Shown: one piece after another, positions 25,059-37,623 of the stretch
Layout of the letters: each line of letters starts with the position of its first letter
Position numbering within the stretch: the stretch's first letter is position 1
DNA from: Squalus acanthias
Taxonomy: Eukaryota
Reading direction: 5' to 3'
NCBI GenBank assembly: GCA_030390025.1
Contig: CM059432.1
Span: forward strand, 61,692,001 to 61,756,000
DNA length: 64,000 bases
The notes under the pieces: model-generated
The model's input: only the letters and a program-made list of their open reading frames with translations
Told to the model about the DNA's origin: nothing
The model's database searches: none
Position numbers and translations under genes: made by a program

Positions 25059-26551
25059 ACCTGGCATATACAGGCAGCCGACCAGCTGCTGGCAGGCAAA
25101 AATCGTCCGGCCTGGGTTGTTGTGGGTGGGGGTTCGGAATTGGCAGGGCCAGCTGATGGGAAGGCAGGGAGCCCAGATTGGCAGAGGCCCAGACTTTACA
25201 TGTGGGGCTCAGAGGGGCACTCCTGCTCCTCCTTGTCTCATAGAGAAATTTTTGACTTACCTTTTGGGGCCTGTGCTGGGTGCCTGGCAGATTTCACTGG
25301 ACCATGGTGGTCGCTGCAGCCAGTAGGCCATTAAAATTGCCATGGGTCCTATCTGAGTGATGGGACCCTGATTAGCATATATTAATGATGCGTCTGCCTC
25401 TTGGGTGGACGCCTAAAATGCCCAGTGCTAAAATCTCTCCATGTATCTTCCTTGCAGTGATCATTGCAGTGGTGTATTTTTCAGGCACTCCTACCAGATT
25501 ATGGGAAGCAAGCCTTATTTGGTTTGCAGTCAGAGGTTATTATGGATGCTGAGCGCATTGAGCAATGATTAGGCCTCAGTGCCTGTAATACGGAGCCCTA
25601 TCACCCAAAGCTTCCGCAGTGGTGCTACAGAGGGCTGTTGAAGAAGATATCTGTGGGGAACAATGTCATTCTACTAAATTTTTCATTTCTGTGTGGCATT
25701 TGACTTGCTTTGTAAATAAGTGGTGGCTGAGCTTTTGTTATGGTTTCAGCTAACCAATGGCAGAGCTCTGTAGGTGCTCACTTACTAAATTAATTGTAGC
25801 TCCCAAAAGGGCAATTCAAATGAAAGCAACAAAGAACTCTATTGTTTTTCACAGACATGCTGCCTAATGAGACATGGTGATGGAGTCAGCAAAACACATC
25901 TGTCACTAAATGTCAGTCTACTGCCTTTGGGACATTTTAATAATACCAGTGTTATAATAATGGGTCTGTTTTCCACAATTGTAAGGTCCATCATGTGCCC
26001 CGGTGCCATCGTCTTCATTTAAAGTTTGTGGAGAAAAAAGAGGGGTGCGGTTAAACCCATTTTACCTTTTAATAAAAACACACTAACAGCGAACATGGAA
26101 ATAAATGAAAATACCATTCAGATCTTCAGAAATTAATCAGAATGATCCCTTCATGATCCCAACCCATTATTCACAATTCCCAAAACAAATCCGCCTAATC
26201 AATATTATCCTATCAAGCAGCTGATGAATAGTATTTCCTCGATTTCTTTCATAGTTTTTACATTTGTTTAATAAAAAAAAAATTGTATGAAAATAATGCC
26301 ACAAATCCCAGTATGATGCAACAACACAACTTCCATTTATCTAGTACTATGACGTTTTGGGTTTTTACATTTTTTTCTCACACCTCGCATCACCAGGTGG
26401 ACTTACAACCCTTACGATCCAGAGCATATCTTAACCGTCCGAATATCTCGGTAAACAATACACTGGCTACTGGAATGTATCACATGCGCCATTTGATTTT
26501 CTTTTCTTCAAAATGCAAACTGAATATATGCTTTGACCCAACTGAGACTCA

Positions 26552-27178
26552 GGGCTGGATTTTGATACTGGGGCGGGTTGGGGTCGTGTCATCCACTTTT
26601 CGTGTTATCCACCCGACTGCAATTGGATGTGGGAGATTGATGCAATTTTCACCTAATTGGGTAATTAAGTTCCAGCATGTGGGAACCCATGACCCAATTA
26701 GTGTTTTCAGTCTGAAAGTCGCCTCTGATGATGTCATCATTGCTGCTGCATTGAAGGTCTTCAGAGACTGCCTGGCCTTTGCTGTGAGAGGACCTGCAAA
26801 ATGAGCAGCAGCAGCCCTAAGTCTGCTCCCAGATATTTTCACACCACCACTCCTAGATATGTCTCCTCTCCATCCATATATCCATCCAGCCTGCCTGCCT
26901 CGTGGTTCAGAACAGGTGTGCTTCACGTAGAAAAAGGGTTAAAATCACAAAGGCCTTTCAAAATGGCATTATAGAGGCAATTTAGTGCTTGTTAAGGGCC
27001 TTAACAGCCTATCCCGCCTCTAAGAGGTGGGACGGAGTCGGGACCAGCAGACACGATTTAATGAAAATTGCATGGAGGCGGGATGGAGGCGGACTTGTGC
27101 CCGCCCGCCAGTTTTTGCAATTTTAACCCCCCACACGCCTCCAAACCCTGCCTCCACGGGTCAATGAAAATCCAGCCC
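26552..27178. mobile_element. PIF/Harbinger MITE (627 bp)
   Basis: Perfect TIR GGGCTGGATTTT / AAAATCCAGCCC, 3-bp TSD TCA; closely related copy at 56931-57646. Confidence 0.92.
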
Positions 27179-27429
27179 TCAGGCTCTGAACCAACCAGTG
27201 GTTTTATTTAAATAAGAGAGGTAAATGAACAGTACATGGTATAATTAACTTTCTTGATGCGTAAAATAATAATATGCCACTCACTTTCTCTTTATATAGA
27301 TATTTTACAACAGAAGCTCATTTTTTACACTATGAAACATGCTGTAGCTTCAGACTGATCTGGCTTTCTTGTTGGGCCAGCTTAAACACAGAGCTCACTG
27401 CTGCTAGTTGACAGACTGAAACTGACTCC

Positions 27430-27614
27430 TGAACTAAACACATTTGGCGATAGTGTAAAGCGGGTGATATCGGATCGGCCGCCTATTTTACATCTCTCTC
27501 GATTTTCCATTCCGTTGAATACAATGGAAATTAAAAGATGATGTAGAGATGTATAACAGGCGGCCAATCTAATGTCGTCCATTTTACACTATCGGCAAAA
27601 TTTAAAATTACTCC
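27430..27614. mobile_element. Palindromic (fold-back) MITE
   Basis: GGCGATAGTGTAAAG...GGCCGCCTATTTTACATCTCT pairs with AGAGATGTATAACAGGCGGCC...TTTTACACTATCGGC. Confidence 0.7.
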
Positions 27615-28047
27615 ATGAAGCCCAATATAATCCCATAATTAAGGAGCCAGTGTAGATCAGTGAGGGCAGGCGTGATGGGCATGCAGGTCTTGATGCAAGA
27701 CAAGATAGTTTATTTTTTTCCCAGGATAGAGGGTGAGGGTAGTGGGACTGCAGGAAAGCGGGGTAAGTGGATGGTAATATGAGGAAGTGGTCAGAGATAT
27801 TCTTCTTGGTGATTTTGATCTTGTTGAGGCTGCATGAAATGATGATGTTGAAGGTGTGGATGGGAGAGTTTATGTGAAGGGTGAGATTTAGTGAGGCCAG
27901 CAGGAGGGGCAAACAGTTGACAGATGCAGTTCAAAGTGGAAAAATGTGAAGTGATGGTTTTTGAAATTGAACTTTAAGCTGGTATACAGCTTATAAAAGA
28001 TGGCAGTGCAAGTCGATAAAGCTATAAAAATGGCAATTGGAATCCTT

Positions 28048-29796
28048 GGCCGTGATTTTACTAACCAAGGCGGGTGACGTCGGTGGCGGGTCTCGGCCCT
28101 ACTGCTGGTTCCAGCCCGGCCTCCAAAATGACTTTCTGATGATTGGGCTTGTTCATTTCACCCAGCGAGTTTCCCGGCAAATTGAAGGAAGTGGGTCTGA
28201 TGATGTCATTTATGATGCATCATCAGCCGGTTTCCTTAAAGGGACCATGACCAAATTAATTTTGACAGTTGTGCTGTCAGTGTTCTACAGCATTGAGGTG
28301 TTGCAAACACTGACAAGCACTGCACAGAGGTGCACGGCTGCACCCAGGCTCTTCCATGACTCCCTGAGGCAGTCACAGCACGCAGGGAGGTCCTCTTCCC
28401 TTCCCATGGGTGGAAGAGATCTCCCTAGGACAGCAACGCAGCCTGGTTTCACATTGCACAGGAGGACACAAGCAGGGATGTCGTCAGGAGGACCTGGCTG
28501 CAGTGGCGCAAACCTTTCAATGATCTCAGTAGATCACGAAACATTAGTACAAAGCCACACTCAACCTCATCCTGCTGTGCCTCTCATCACATCCCCATCA
28601 CTCTGCCTTCCGCACCCCTCACACTCACCCTCATCCTAGTGCAATCATACCAACTAACAACACACAAGGGCAGGCACTTGGGTGTTTTAGCCAATGTTCA
28701 TGTAAAGTTTCTGTTAATGTGCTGTCAAACATTGAAATCTTTATTTTCAACACTTTGCATTCTTGGACAGATTTGTGTGCACTTTTGGAAGTGGCTTAGT
28801 GAGTTGTAGTGAATGGTGAGACATAACGGTACCTCCCGCAATGGTGATGAGTGTGAAAGGAATTGCTTGGACATTGTAGGAATGCTTTATGTTGTTGGTG
28901 TGGGGTGGTACCAACCTGGCAGCCAGGGTGTACAGCGTCAAGTGAAGTAAATATGGCCATGGTGAGTCCCTGGCCTCCCGGGCAGCAATGTGGTTGGGTG
29001 CTGATGCCCTCTGTCCTGTGCAACATCAGGTGATTGCGGAGAAGGTTGGTGTTGTTGTTGGTGCTGCTGGGGTGCCTGGTGATGCTGGTGTTGGCGTTGA
29101 TCTTGGTGGGATTCTGAGGAGCAAGGTGAGAGAGTTTCAAGTGCACCCATGCTGATGGAATAGATGGCAGGTGAAGTAGAGATGACAGAAGCGATCTGTC
29201 AATGGCGAGAGAGGTAATGAGGTCAGACTGGATGGAGACTTGTGTAAAGACTTGCAGCATCCTGCATCTGGAGTGAAAATGCTGTTTAGAGAAGCTAGTG
29301 GTTAAGGAAACATTTCTCAATCAGCTCGGAGCTTTCACTTGACATTTGAAGCTGTCAACTCATCAGCTGATTCAATGGCCACTGACCTCCCACCTCAGCT
29401 TCACAGACAAGGTCTAGGCACAGCGGGAAACCGGTGGGCGACCTGTGAAATTCAAAAAGCTGGGAAAAAACGATTGATAAGTGGCTGTAAACAAACCACT
29501 AATGATTTTAATTACCTCCCTCGCCTCTGCGTGTCGGGTCTGCTCAGCGCTGGCAGACCCGATATCGGGAAAGTCCAGTGTGCGCGTTTTGACAGCGGGT
29601 TAACAGGCAGTTAATTGGCTCTAATCCCCTTCCCGCCTCGAGGAGACGGGTCCCTGCACGAGTCGGGGACCTGCCTCCCGGGAAGATGGCACGGAGGCGG
29701 GTTGGGAGCGGGTTCGGTACCCGCTCCCAGTTTCTGCCATTTTCCCGGCAGTCCCGCCTCCATACCCGCCTCCCCAGGGCTGGGAAAATTCCCCCC
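28048..29796 (+). mobile_element. Non-autonomous PIF/Harbinger element with Myb-like remnant (inverted relative of 11748-13504)
   Basis: Ends GGCCGTGATTTT ... AAAATTCCCCCC; shares long blocks with 11748-13504 in reverse complement (e.g. FLKGTM.(N/K).ILTVVLSVFYSIEVLQTLTST reading). Confidence 0.8.
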
Positions 29797-29799
29797 TTA

Positions 29800-30110
29800 G
29801 TCACTGTTGCAGTGTAGGAAAACATAGCAGCCAAATTACACATAGCTAGGTCACACAAACAGCAGTGAGCTAAATAATCAGATTAACTCTTTTAATGATA
29901 TTGGGTGAGGGATAAATATTGGTCAGGATACCAGGAGAACTTCCCTGTTCTTCTTCAAATAGTGCCATGGGATCTTTTATGACTACCTGAGAGAAGAGAC
30001 TAGGTTTGACGTCTCATCTGAAAGACGGCACCTCTGACAATGCAGGACTCCGTCAGTACTGCACTGAAGTGTCAGACTAGGTTATGTGCTGAAGTCTCTG
30101 GAGCGGGGAT
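29800..30110 (-). mobile_element. DeuSINE-type SINE fragment (SacSINE1/AmnSINE1-like central domain)
   Basis: GAGGGATAAATATTGGTCAGGATACCAGGAGAACTTCCCTGTTCTTCTTCAAATAGTGCCATGGGATCTTTTA...GAAAGACGGCACCTCTGACA recognised from memory as the Deu-domain reverse complement. Confidence 0.65.
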
Positions 30111-30129
30111 GACCAACAACTGCTCCCCT

Positions 30130-30780
30130 CTTCTCTGATTCCTGCCCCTCCCTAGCCACTGTCTCAGGCTGAATCAAACTATTTGCAACTGCAGCATCTT
30201 TTTCAAGCTGGAACTGAGTTTCCAACCCTACATCCAATCCATCACAGCATTTACTTTCACCTTTATAATATTTCCCATCTCTGCCTCACCCCATCTTCCA
30301 GTGAAACCCTCTTACACTGCTTTGTCACCTCCAGGCTCAATTACTCCAATACTCTCCTGGCCAGCCTTCCATTCTCCACCTTCCAATATATCTAAAACTC
30401 TGCTGCGCATATCCTATCTCACACCTAGTTCCCCACTCGTCACCCCAGTGCTCGGTGACATTCCTGGTCCTCCAAGCCTCATATTTAAAATGATCATCCT
30501 TGTCCAACTCCCTCCATGGCCTCACAGCCCCTTCTTCCATCTCTTTCCTCCTCCAGCCCGACAACATCCCCCTTCTGAACATTTTCTGCCTGTAGCCTCT
30601 TGTGAATCTTCCTCTGTAAACTCCTCTGCTTCTGCACCTCCCTCTCCTCCTTTAAGACGTTCCTTAAAAGCCATCTCCACTTCTCCTAATCTCTCCTTTG
30701 GCTTGGTGTATATGTTCTTCTTGTCTCTGTGAAGTATCTTTTTACATTAAATGTACTATATAACTGCAAGTTGTTGTCTG
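30130..30780 (+). mobile_element. Degenerate L2 LINE 3' fragment
   Basis: ETLLHCFVTSRLNYSNTLLASLP (L2 RT C-terminus); ends TATATAACTGCAAGTTGTTGT. Confidence 0.7.
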
Positions 30781-31301
30781 GGTTCAAATGAAAGAAGAAT
30801 TTCTTAAAAGATGTTTTTGTGTTATTCTGGGTTTATGTATCATCAACACATTTTGGTTTCTGTGTTACTTCCACTGTAAATCTTAGTTAAATATATGAGA
30901 AATGTTCACAAAAATGCACCACCAAAAATGTTGATAGAGATGGTTGTGGAAATCATTCAGAAAGTTGGCAAAAGAACCTTGGAAGAAAATACAGAAATGT
31001 CACTTTAAAGAGCCAGCGTTTTGAAAGATGTTGCATTATTGCCAATATTTTCTAGTGTTAAAGGAATCTGACCTTTTGAGTGTTTGCAAGTTATTTATAA
31101 ATGTGAATTGTGTGCTGGCAGTAAGCATTTGGTTATTTTGGCATGAAGCGCATTTGTTACCAACCTTAGGAGTCATGTCTGTAATTTCTCTTTCAAGCAC
31201 ACATATCTATACAACACACAGAATTTTCCCAGTGTTCACTACTGATATTAATCCAACTTCTGTTAATATGAACTCACGTGGTTAAAGTTTAATAACTCTT
31301 T

Positions 31302-31957
31302 AGCCCCTATTTTATAGAGGAGTAGTGTGGGCGAGGGCCGAGGCGGACGGAAAACTGTCCCTGACCTCTGCAGTGTGAGTACTGGGGAATTTTAACTCCT
31401 GGGCCTCATCTGCATAGTTTACCGCCCAAAACCAGAGGGGAGCGGCAGCTGGCCGATGGGCGGGAGCGAAATGTAATGTGGCAAGAGGTCACTGCTGGGC
31501 CTGAAGGAGCTGTTTCCTGCACTCTGGCAAGTGGTTGGGAGGGTCTTCAGGAGGACCTCGCCATCGGGGATGGCTGGGGGGTGGGGGGAGATGCCCAGGG
31601 CAGGGGAGGCCTTAATTTTTCTTGTGGGGCCAGGAAGAGCAGGTGATGAGTTTTTTTTTAAAAAAGGAAAGCCAGTTACCTTTTTGGGCCTCTTCTGGCC
31701 CTGTCTCCTCTTCCCACCACGTCGGCCTGGTGGGGAAGCCACAATGGCTTTCTCGCGCAGGCCTCCAGTTAAAATTGCAGTCAGGCCCCGATGATGTCAT
31801 CGGAGCTCGATCTGAATACTTTCAGAATGACCCCACTGGCTTCCTCTCGCTTGCTCAGAAGAGCTGGTTAAAATTGAAACCCGCAGGAACTCGCCGGGTA
31901 GGTCCCGTGGGTGATTTAAACTACCCGCTTGCCTGGCGGACAGGGTAAAATCATCCC
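31302..31957. mobile_element. Harbinger-like MITE
   Basis: Ends AGCCCCTATTTT ... AAAATCATCCC; related to 2456-2930. Confidence 0.6.
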
Positions 31958-32699
31958 TTTTATGTCAGTTTGATCATTGCAATAGATTTATCTACATGAA
32001 TTTCTATTGTCTGATCCATTCCCTTTTATCACTGGAATTGGTTAGTTGCCATTGTAATAAAGATAGAGAGGGCACTTTAATGGAAAACGGGATCGGTGCG
32101 GCAGGGGTCCGAGGCAGACTGGAAGCTAGCTGGCCCTCTACAGCGCAAGGGCAGGGAGAGATTAACTCCTGGGCATCATCTGCATGATTGCTGTCAGTCT
32201 CCTCCCAGAACCCAGTTGGAACCGCTACCTGCCCGGTGCGTGGGAGCAGGATTTTGGGTGGCAGGGGGCCACCCCCCAGGGACCCGAAGGAACTGTCTTC
32301 AATGGAAAGGAAAATCAGGCGGGGTGTGTAATGGACAGCCGATCTGATACCGTCAGATTTCTGCCTGCCGAAGTTGAAAGTTGCTCCTGTAAAAATATGG
32401 GATCAAAATGGGTAGTATGATGGCATTTGTAATAATCCAGTATGGAGTACAGTTGAAACACTGAAGTAAAATTGTCTTGTAATACCCAATGACAAGCCAT
32501 TGAATACAGAATTTGTCATACTGGTGGATAGAATCTACAAACTCATTTTTGTCTGTGGCATTATGAGTTATTTTAAGGTTTATGTATTCAGCAGAAATAG
32601 GAAGGTAAACAGTAGCTATTTTTAATATTCAGACCCCTAACATTATCATTTCCAATCTTCAGTTTCCTTTCTTTCTACCATTTTTCTCTTTCCCCCTCT

Positions 32700-33000
32700 A
32701 TTCTCCTAAAGATGCTGGCTTTTGATGGTGTGCTGTTCCAGGGGTGCCCACAGCCCCCTCATACCTTGCTCAAGTGGCCATTTTCATGTGTGACCCTAGA
32801 TATTGAGTGTTAGCAGACTTTTAACATAGTGGGCCGTCACAACCAAGGCCAAACCTGACCTCACCTGATGTCCACACATGCACACATTCCAGCAGGGGTC
32901 ACTGGCTGCTTGTTCCCCCTCGTAGGCCATGGATGTTGAAGCCAATTGCAGCACCCCAACTTCTGCCCCAGCTGAGGTCAGCTACCTCAGCACAGACGAC
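32700..33000 (-). mobile_element. Old SINE fragment (family of 63622-64000)
   Basis: Aligns by eye to the reverse complement of 63830-63990 (GGGTGCC.ACAGCCC, TCAAGTG..CATT, TTAGCAGACT, TCACAACC). Confidence 0.55.
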
Positions 33001-33199
33001 ATAACTGATCTACATAGCTTAGAACCTCAACACTGAGTAACTTTATAAATCTATGCTATATCAAGTCTTTTTTTGAAACTTCTCATTACATTTGTTATTT
33101 GCCTTTTTATATAGAGTGAATCAAGAAACAACTACCATGAATTCTGCTTTACAAGAGTTGATTTGATCCATGGTATTCTGATCTAACATTTCTGGTTTA

Positions 33200-33900
33200 C
33201 AACAACAACAATAACAATTTGCATTTATATAGCATTTTTAATGTAGTAAAACGTCCCAAGCTGCTTCACAGCAGCGTTATCAAACAAAATTTGGCACCGA
33301 GCCTCATAAGGAGATATTAGGACAGATGACCAAAAGCTTGGACAAAGAAGTAGGTTTTAAGGAGCGTCTTAAAGGAGGAGAGAGAGGTAGAGAGGCGGAG
33401 AGATTTAGGGAAGGAATTCCAGAGCTTATGGCCTCGGCAGCTGAAGGCACAGCTACCAATGGTGGAGTGATTAAAATAAGGGGCCAGAATTGGAGGAGTG
33501 CCGAGATCTCGGAGGCTTGTAGGGCTGGCGGAGGTTACAGAGATAGGGAGGGGCGAGACCATGGAGGGCTTTAAAAACGAGGATAAGAATTTTAAAATTG
33601 AGGCATTGCCCAACCTGGAGCCAGTGTAGGTCAGCAAGCACAGGGGTGATGGGTGAACGGGACTTGGTGCGTGTTAGGATATGGGCAGCAGAGCTTTGGA
33701 TGAGCTCAAGTTTACGGAAGATGCAAGGTGGAAGGCCAGCCAGGAGAGCATTGGAATAGTCAAGTCAAGAGTTAACAAAGGCATGGATGAGGGGTTCAGC
33801 AACAGATGAGATGAGGCAGGGGCAGAGACAAACAATATTACAGAGGTGGAAGTATACGGTCTTGGTAATGGAGAGGATATGGGGTCGGAAGCTCAGCTCA
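33200..33900 (-). mobile_element. L2 LINE 3' fragment
   Basis: (CAA)n tail + TTTGCATTTATATAGC; minus reading AFSCRGHKLWNSFPKSLRLSTSLSSFKTLLKTYFFVQAF. Confidence 0.8.
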
Positions 33901-34581
33901 GGATGGGTGGCTGAAGCTCTCACTGGAAACAGATGGGAGCCTCGTGATTATATGTTAAACAGGGTCAGGTAACATAGTTACAATCCCTGACACCATTTTC
34001 CTCTCTGTTTGCCAGATAATCGACAATTCCTGCCCTATTCACCAAATATGGGTGGTATAGGTTGGTCAGTGGCCATTTTGAGCGTCCATTAATGGGATCC
34101 TCAGCTGTGATCAGGGAAAGCTAAATAACGTTTGGCACACTTCTTTATGCCAATTGCTTGTGGGTGTTGAGGCTTATAGGCTTCCACATTCTTGCTGCTG
34201 TAGGTGCTGCCAATTTTTTGCCTGCCCCTCAAAATTGGTTTGTCCTTTCACTCCTGATGTTTCCACCTCTCCCCTTTATGGTGCTGCTGCAGGTCCTTTA
34301 AAATCGGCTGGCACACCTGATTTCCTGCTCTTACAATGACAGTACACCTATAAGGAATATGTTTCACACGAGCAGCTCGCTGAATTAATGTAAATGAAGC
34401 TCAGCCATGGAAATGACAGGAGCCCCATGCTGACTCACTCGGGAGGACGCAGTGTACCCGATCTGCGCTCACACTGCTGCTTCTTTTGAAACAGGTGGCA
34501 CAACCAATTCAGCAAAAGCTAGCCTTACGTGTTGTATTTGCAAGACTTGTAATGGTGTACTTTTTCTCCCCTATCCTTCAG

Positions 34582-34736
34582 ATATTTTCTCCCAAATATC
34601 AGACTCCAATGGAATAATGATATATGTGAAGTTTGACCAGTTTCTGCGGGAGGTGCTGAAGTTACCGACGGCAGTGTTTGAAGGTCCTTCCTTTGGGTAC
34701 ACAGAACAAGCATCAAGGTCGTGCTTTTCCCAACAG
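34582..34736 (+). CDS. DTNA: Dystrobrevin alpha, internal coding exon C (155 nt)
   Basis: CCTTCAG acceptor, GTGAAC donor at 34737. Encodes [52 protein letters not shown]. Confidence 0.96.
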
Positions 34737-34839
34737 GTGAACAACCATCCAAACCTTTTAATCTGTTACAGTCTGCGATTGATGGAAATGACATGTATAT
34801 ATTAGGGTTGAATTTCCAGGGACATTCTCCTCATCGTCC

Positions 34840-37623
34840 TTTTTTTATATTAGTTCCTGGGATGTGGGCGTCACTGGCAAGGCCAGCATTTATTGCCCAT
34901 CCCTAATTGCCCTTGAGAAGGTGGTGGTGAGCCGCCTTACTGAACCGCTGCAATCCACGTGGTGAATGTACTCCCACAGTGCTGTTAGGGAGGGAGTTCC
35001 AGGATTTTGACCCAGCAACTATGAAGGAATGCCAATATATTTGCAATTCAGGATAGTGCATGACTTGGAGGGGAACTTGGAGGTGGTGGTGTTCCCGTGC
35101 GCCTGCTGCCCTTGTCCTTCTAGTTGGTAGAGGTTGTGGGTTTGGGAGGTACTGCAGAAGAAGCCTTGGCGAGTTGCTGCAGTGCATCTTGTAGATGGTA
35201 CACACTGCAGCCACGGTGCACCGTTGATGGAGGGAGTGAATGTTTAAGGTGGTGGATGGGGTGCCAATCAAGCGGGCTGCTTTGTCCTGGATGGTGTCGA
35301 GCCTCTTGAGTGCTGTTGGAACTGCACTCATCCAGGCAAGTGGAAAGTATTCCATCACACTCCTGACTTGTAGATGCTGGAAAGGCTTTGGGGAGTCAGA
35401 AGGTGAGACACTCGCTGCAGAATACCCAGCTTCTGGCCTGCTCTTGTAGCCACAGTATTTATGTGGCTGGTCCAGTTAAGTTTCTGGTAAATGGTGAACC
35501 CCAGGATGTTGATGTTGGGAGATTTGGCAATGGTAATGCCGTTGAATGTCATGGGGCGGTGGTTAGACGCTCTCTTGATGGAGATGGTCATTGCCTGGCA
35601 CTTGTGTGGCACGAATGTTACTTGCCACTTATCAGCCCAAGCCTGAATGTCATCTAGGTCTTGCTGCATGTGGGCATAGACTGCTTCATTATCTGAGGAG
35701 TTGCGAATGGAACTGAACACTATGCAATTATTAGCGAACATTCCCACTTCTGACTTTATGATGGAGGGAAGGTCATTGATGAAGCAGCTGAAGATGGTTA
35801 GGCCTAGGACAGTGCCCTGAGAAACTCCTGCAGCAATATCCTTGGGCTGAGATGATTGGCCTCTAACAACCACAAAAATCTTCCTTTGTGCTAGGTATGA
35901 CTCCAGCCAGTGGAGAGCTTTGCCCCTGTTTCCCATTGACTTGAATTTTACTGGGGCTCCTTGATGCCACTCTCGGTCAAATGCTGCCTTGATGTCACTT
36001 TCACCTCACCTCTGGAATTCAGCTCTTTTGTCCATGTTTAGACCAAGGCTGTAATGAGGTCTGGAGCCGAGTACTGCTGGCGGAACCCAAACTGAGCATC
36101 CGCGAGCAGGTTATTGGTGAGTAAGTGCCACTTGATAGCACTGTCGATAACACCTTCCATCAATTTGCTGATGATTGAGAGTAGACTGATGGGGCGGTAT
36201 TTGGCCAGATTGGATTAGTCCTCCTTTTTGTGGACAGGACATACATCAGCAGTTTTCCACGTTGTTGGGTAGACGCCAGTGTTTTGGCTGTACTGGAACA
36301 GCTTGGCTAGAGGCGCAGCTACTTCTGGAGCACACGTTTTCAGCACAACAGCCGGGATGTTGTCAGGGGCCCATAGCCTTTGCTGTATTCAGTGCGCTCA
36401 GCCGTTTCTTGATATCACGTGGAGTAAATCGAATTGGCTGAAGACTGGCTTCTGTGATGGTGGGGACCTCAGGAGGAGGCCGATATGGATCATCCACTTA
36501 GCACTTCTGGCTGAAGATGGTTGCAAATGCTTCAGCCTTGTCTTTTGCACTCGTGTGCTGGGCTCCGCCATCATTGAGGATGGGGATGTTCATGGAGCCT
36601 CCTCCTCCCGTCAGTTGTTTAATGGTCCACCACCATTCACGACCGGATGTGGCAGGACTGCAGAGCTTTGTCTGATCCGTTGGTTGTGGGATAGCTTAGC
36701 TCTGTCTATAGCATGCTGCTTCCAATGTTTAGCATGCATGTAGTCCTGTGTTGCAGCTTCCTCAGGCTGGCACCTTATTTTTAGGTACACCTGGTGCTGC
36801 TCCTGGCATGCTCTTCTACACTGCTCATTAAACCAGGATTGATCGCCTGTCTTGAACCAGGTTTGGTCGCATGACTTGATGTTAATGGTAGAGGATATGC
36901 CGGGCCATGAGGTTACAGCTTGTGGTGGAATACAATTCTGCTGCTGCTGATGGCCCTGAGTGCCTCATGGATGTCCAGTTTTGAGCTGCTAGATCTGTTC
37001 TGAATCTATTCCAGTTAGCATGGTGGTAGTGCCACACAACACGATGGAGGGTGTCCTCAGTGTGAAGACGGGACTTCGTCTCCACAAGGACTGTGCGGTG
37101 GTCACTGCTACCAATACTGTCATGGACAGATGCATCTGCAACAGGTAGATTGGTGAGGACGAGATCAAGTAGGTTTTTCCCTCGTGTTGGTTCTCTCACC
37201 ACCTGCCGTAGGACCAGTCTGGCAGCTATGTCCTTCAAGACTTGCCCTAGCTCAGTCAGTAGTGGTGCTACCGAACCACTCTTGGTGATGGACATTGAAG
37301 TCCCACACCCAGAGTACATTCTGTGCTCTTGCTACCCTCAGTGCTTCTTCCAAGTGGTGTTCAACATGGAGGAGTACTGATTCATCAGCTGAGGGTGGGC
37401 GGTAGGTGGTAATCAGCAGGAGGTTTCCTTGCCCATGTTTGACCTGATGCCATGAGACTTCATGGGGTCCGGGGTCAATGTTGAGGTCTCCCAGGGCCGC
37501 TCCCTCCCGACTGTGTACCACTGTGCCGCCACCTCTGGTGAGGTGGTTGAGGACATACCCAGGGATGGTGATGGAGGAGCCTGGGACATTGGCTGAAAGG
37601 TATGATTCTGTGATTATGACTGT
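34840..37623 (-). mobile_element. LINE family B copy 2, 5'-truncated
   Basis: Reverse-complement homolog of 6893-11466 (without the CR1 insert); poly(T) at 34840; APE and RT ORF fragments. Confidence 0.92.

Larger units (their letters stand above)
18567..25440. mobile_element. Harbinger-like MITE split by the full-length CR1 (pieces ~18567-18675 and 25059-~25440)
   Basis: Left piece GCGTGGATTTTAACTCCCAGG..., right piece ends CTAAAATCTCTCC; interior resembles 2456-2930 and 31302-31957. Confidence 0.55.

Noticed and set aside
26283..26926. Duplicated ORFs (26283-26804 and 56890-57288) as a novel gene family
   Set aside because: Shared part lies within two copies of a TIR-bounded MITE; ORF ends differ and extend into unrelated flanks.
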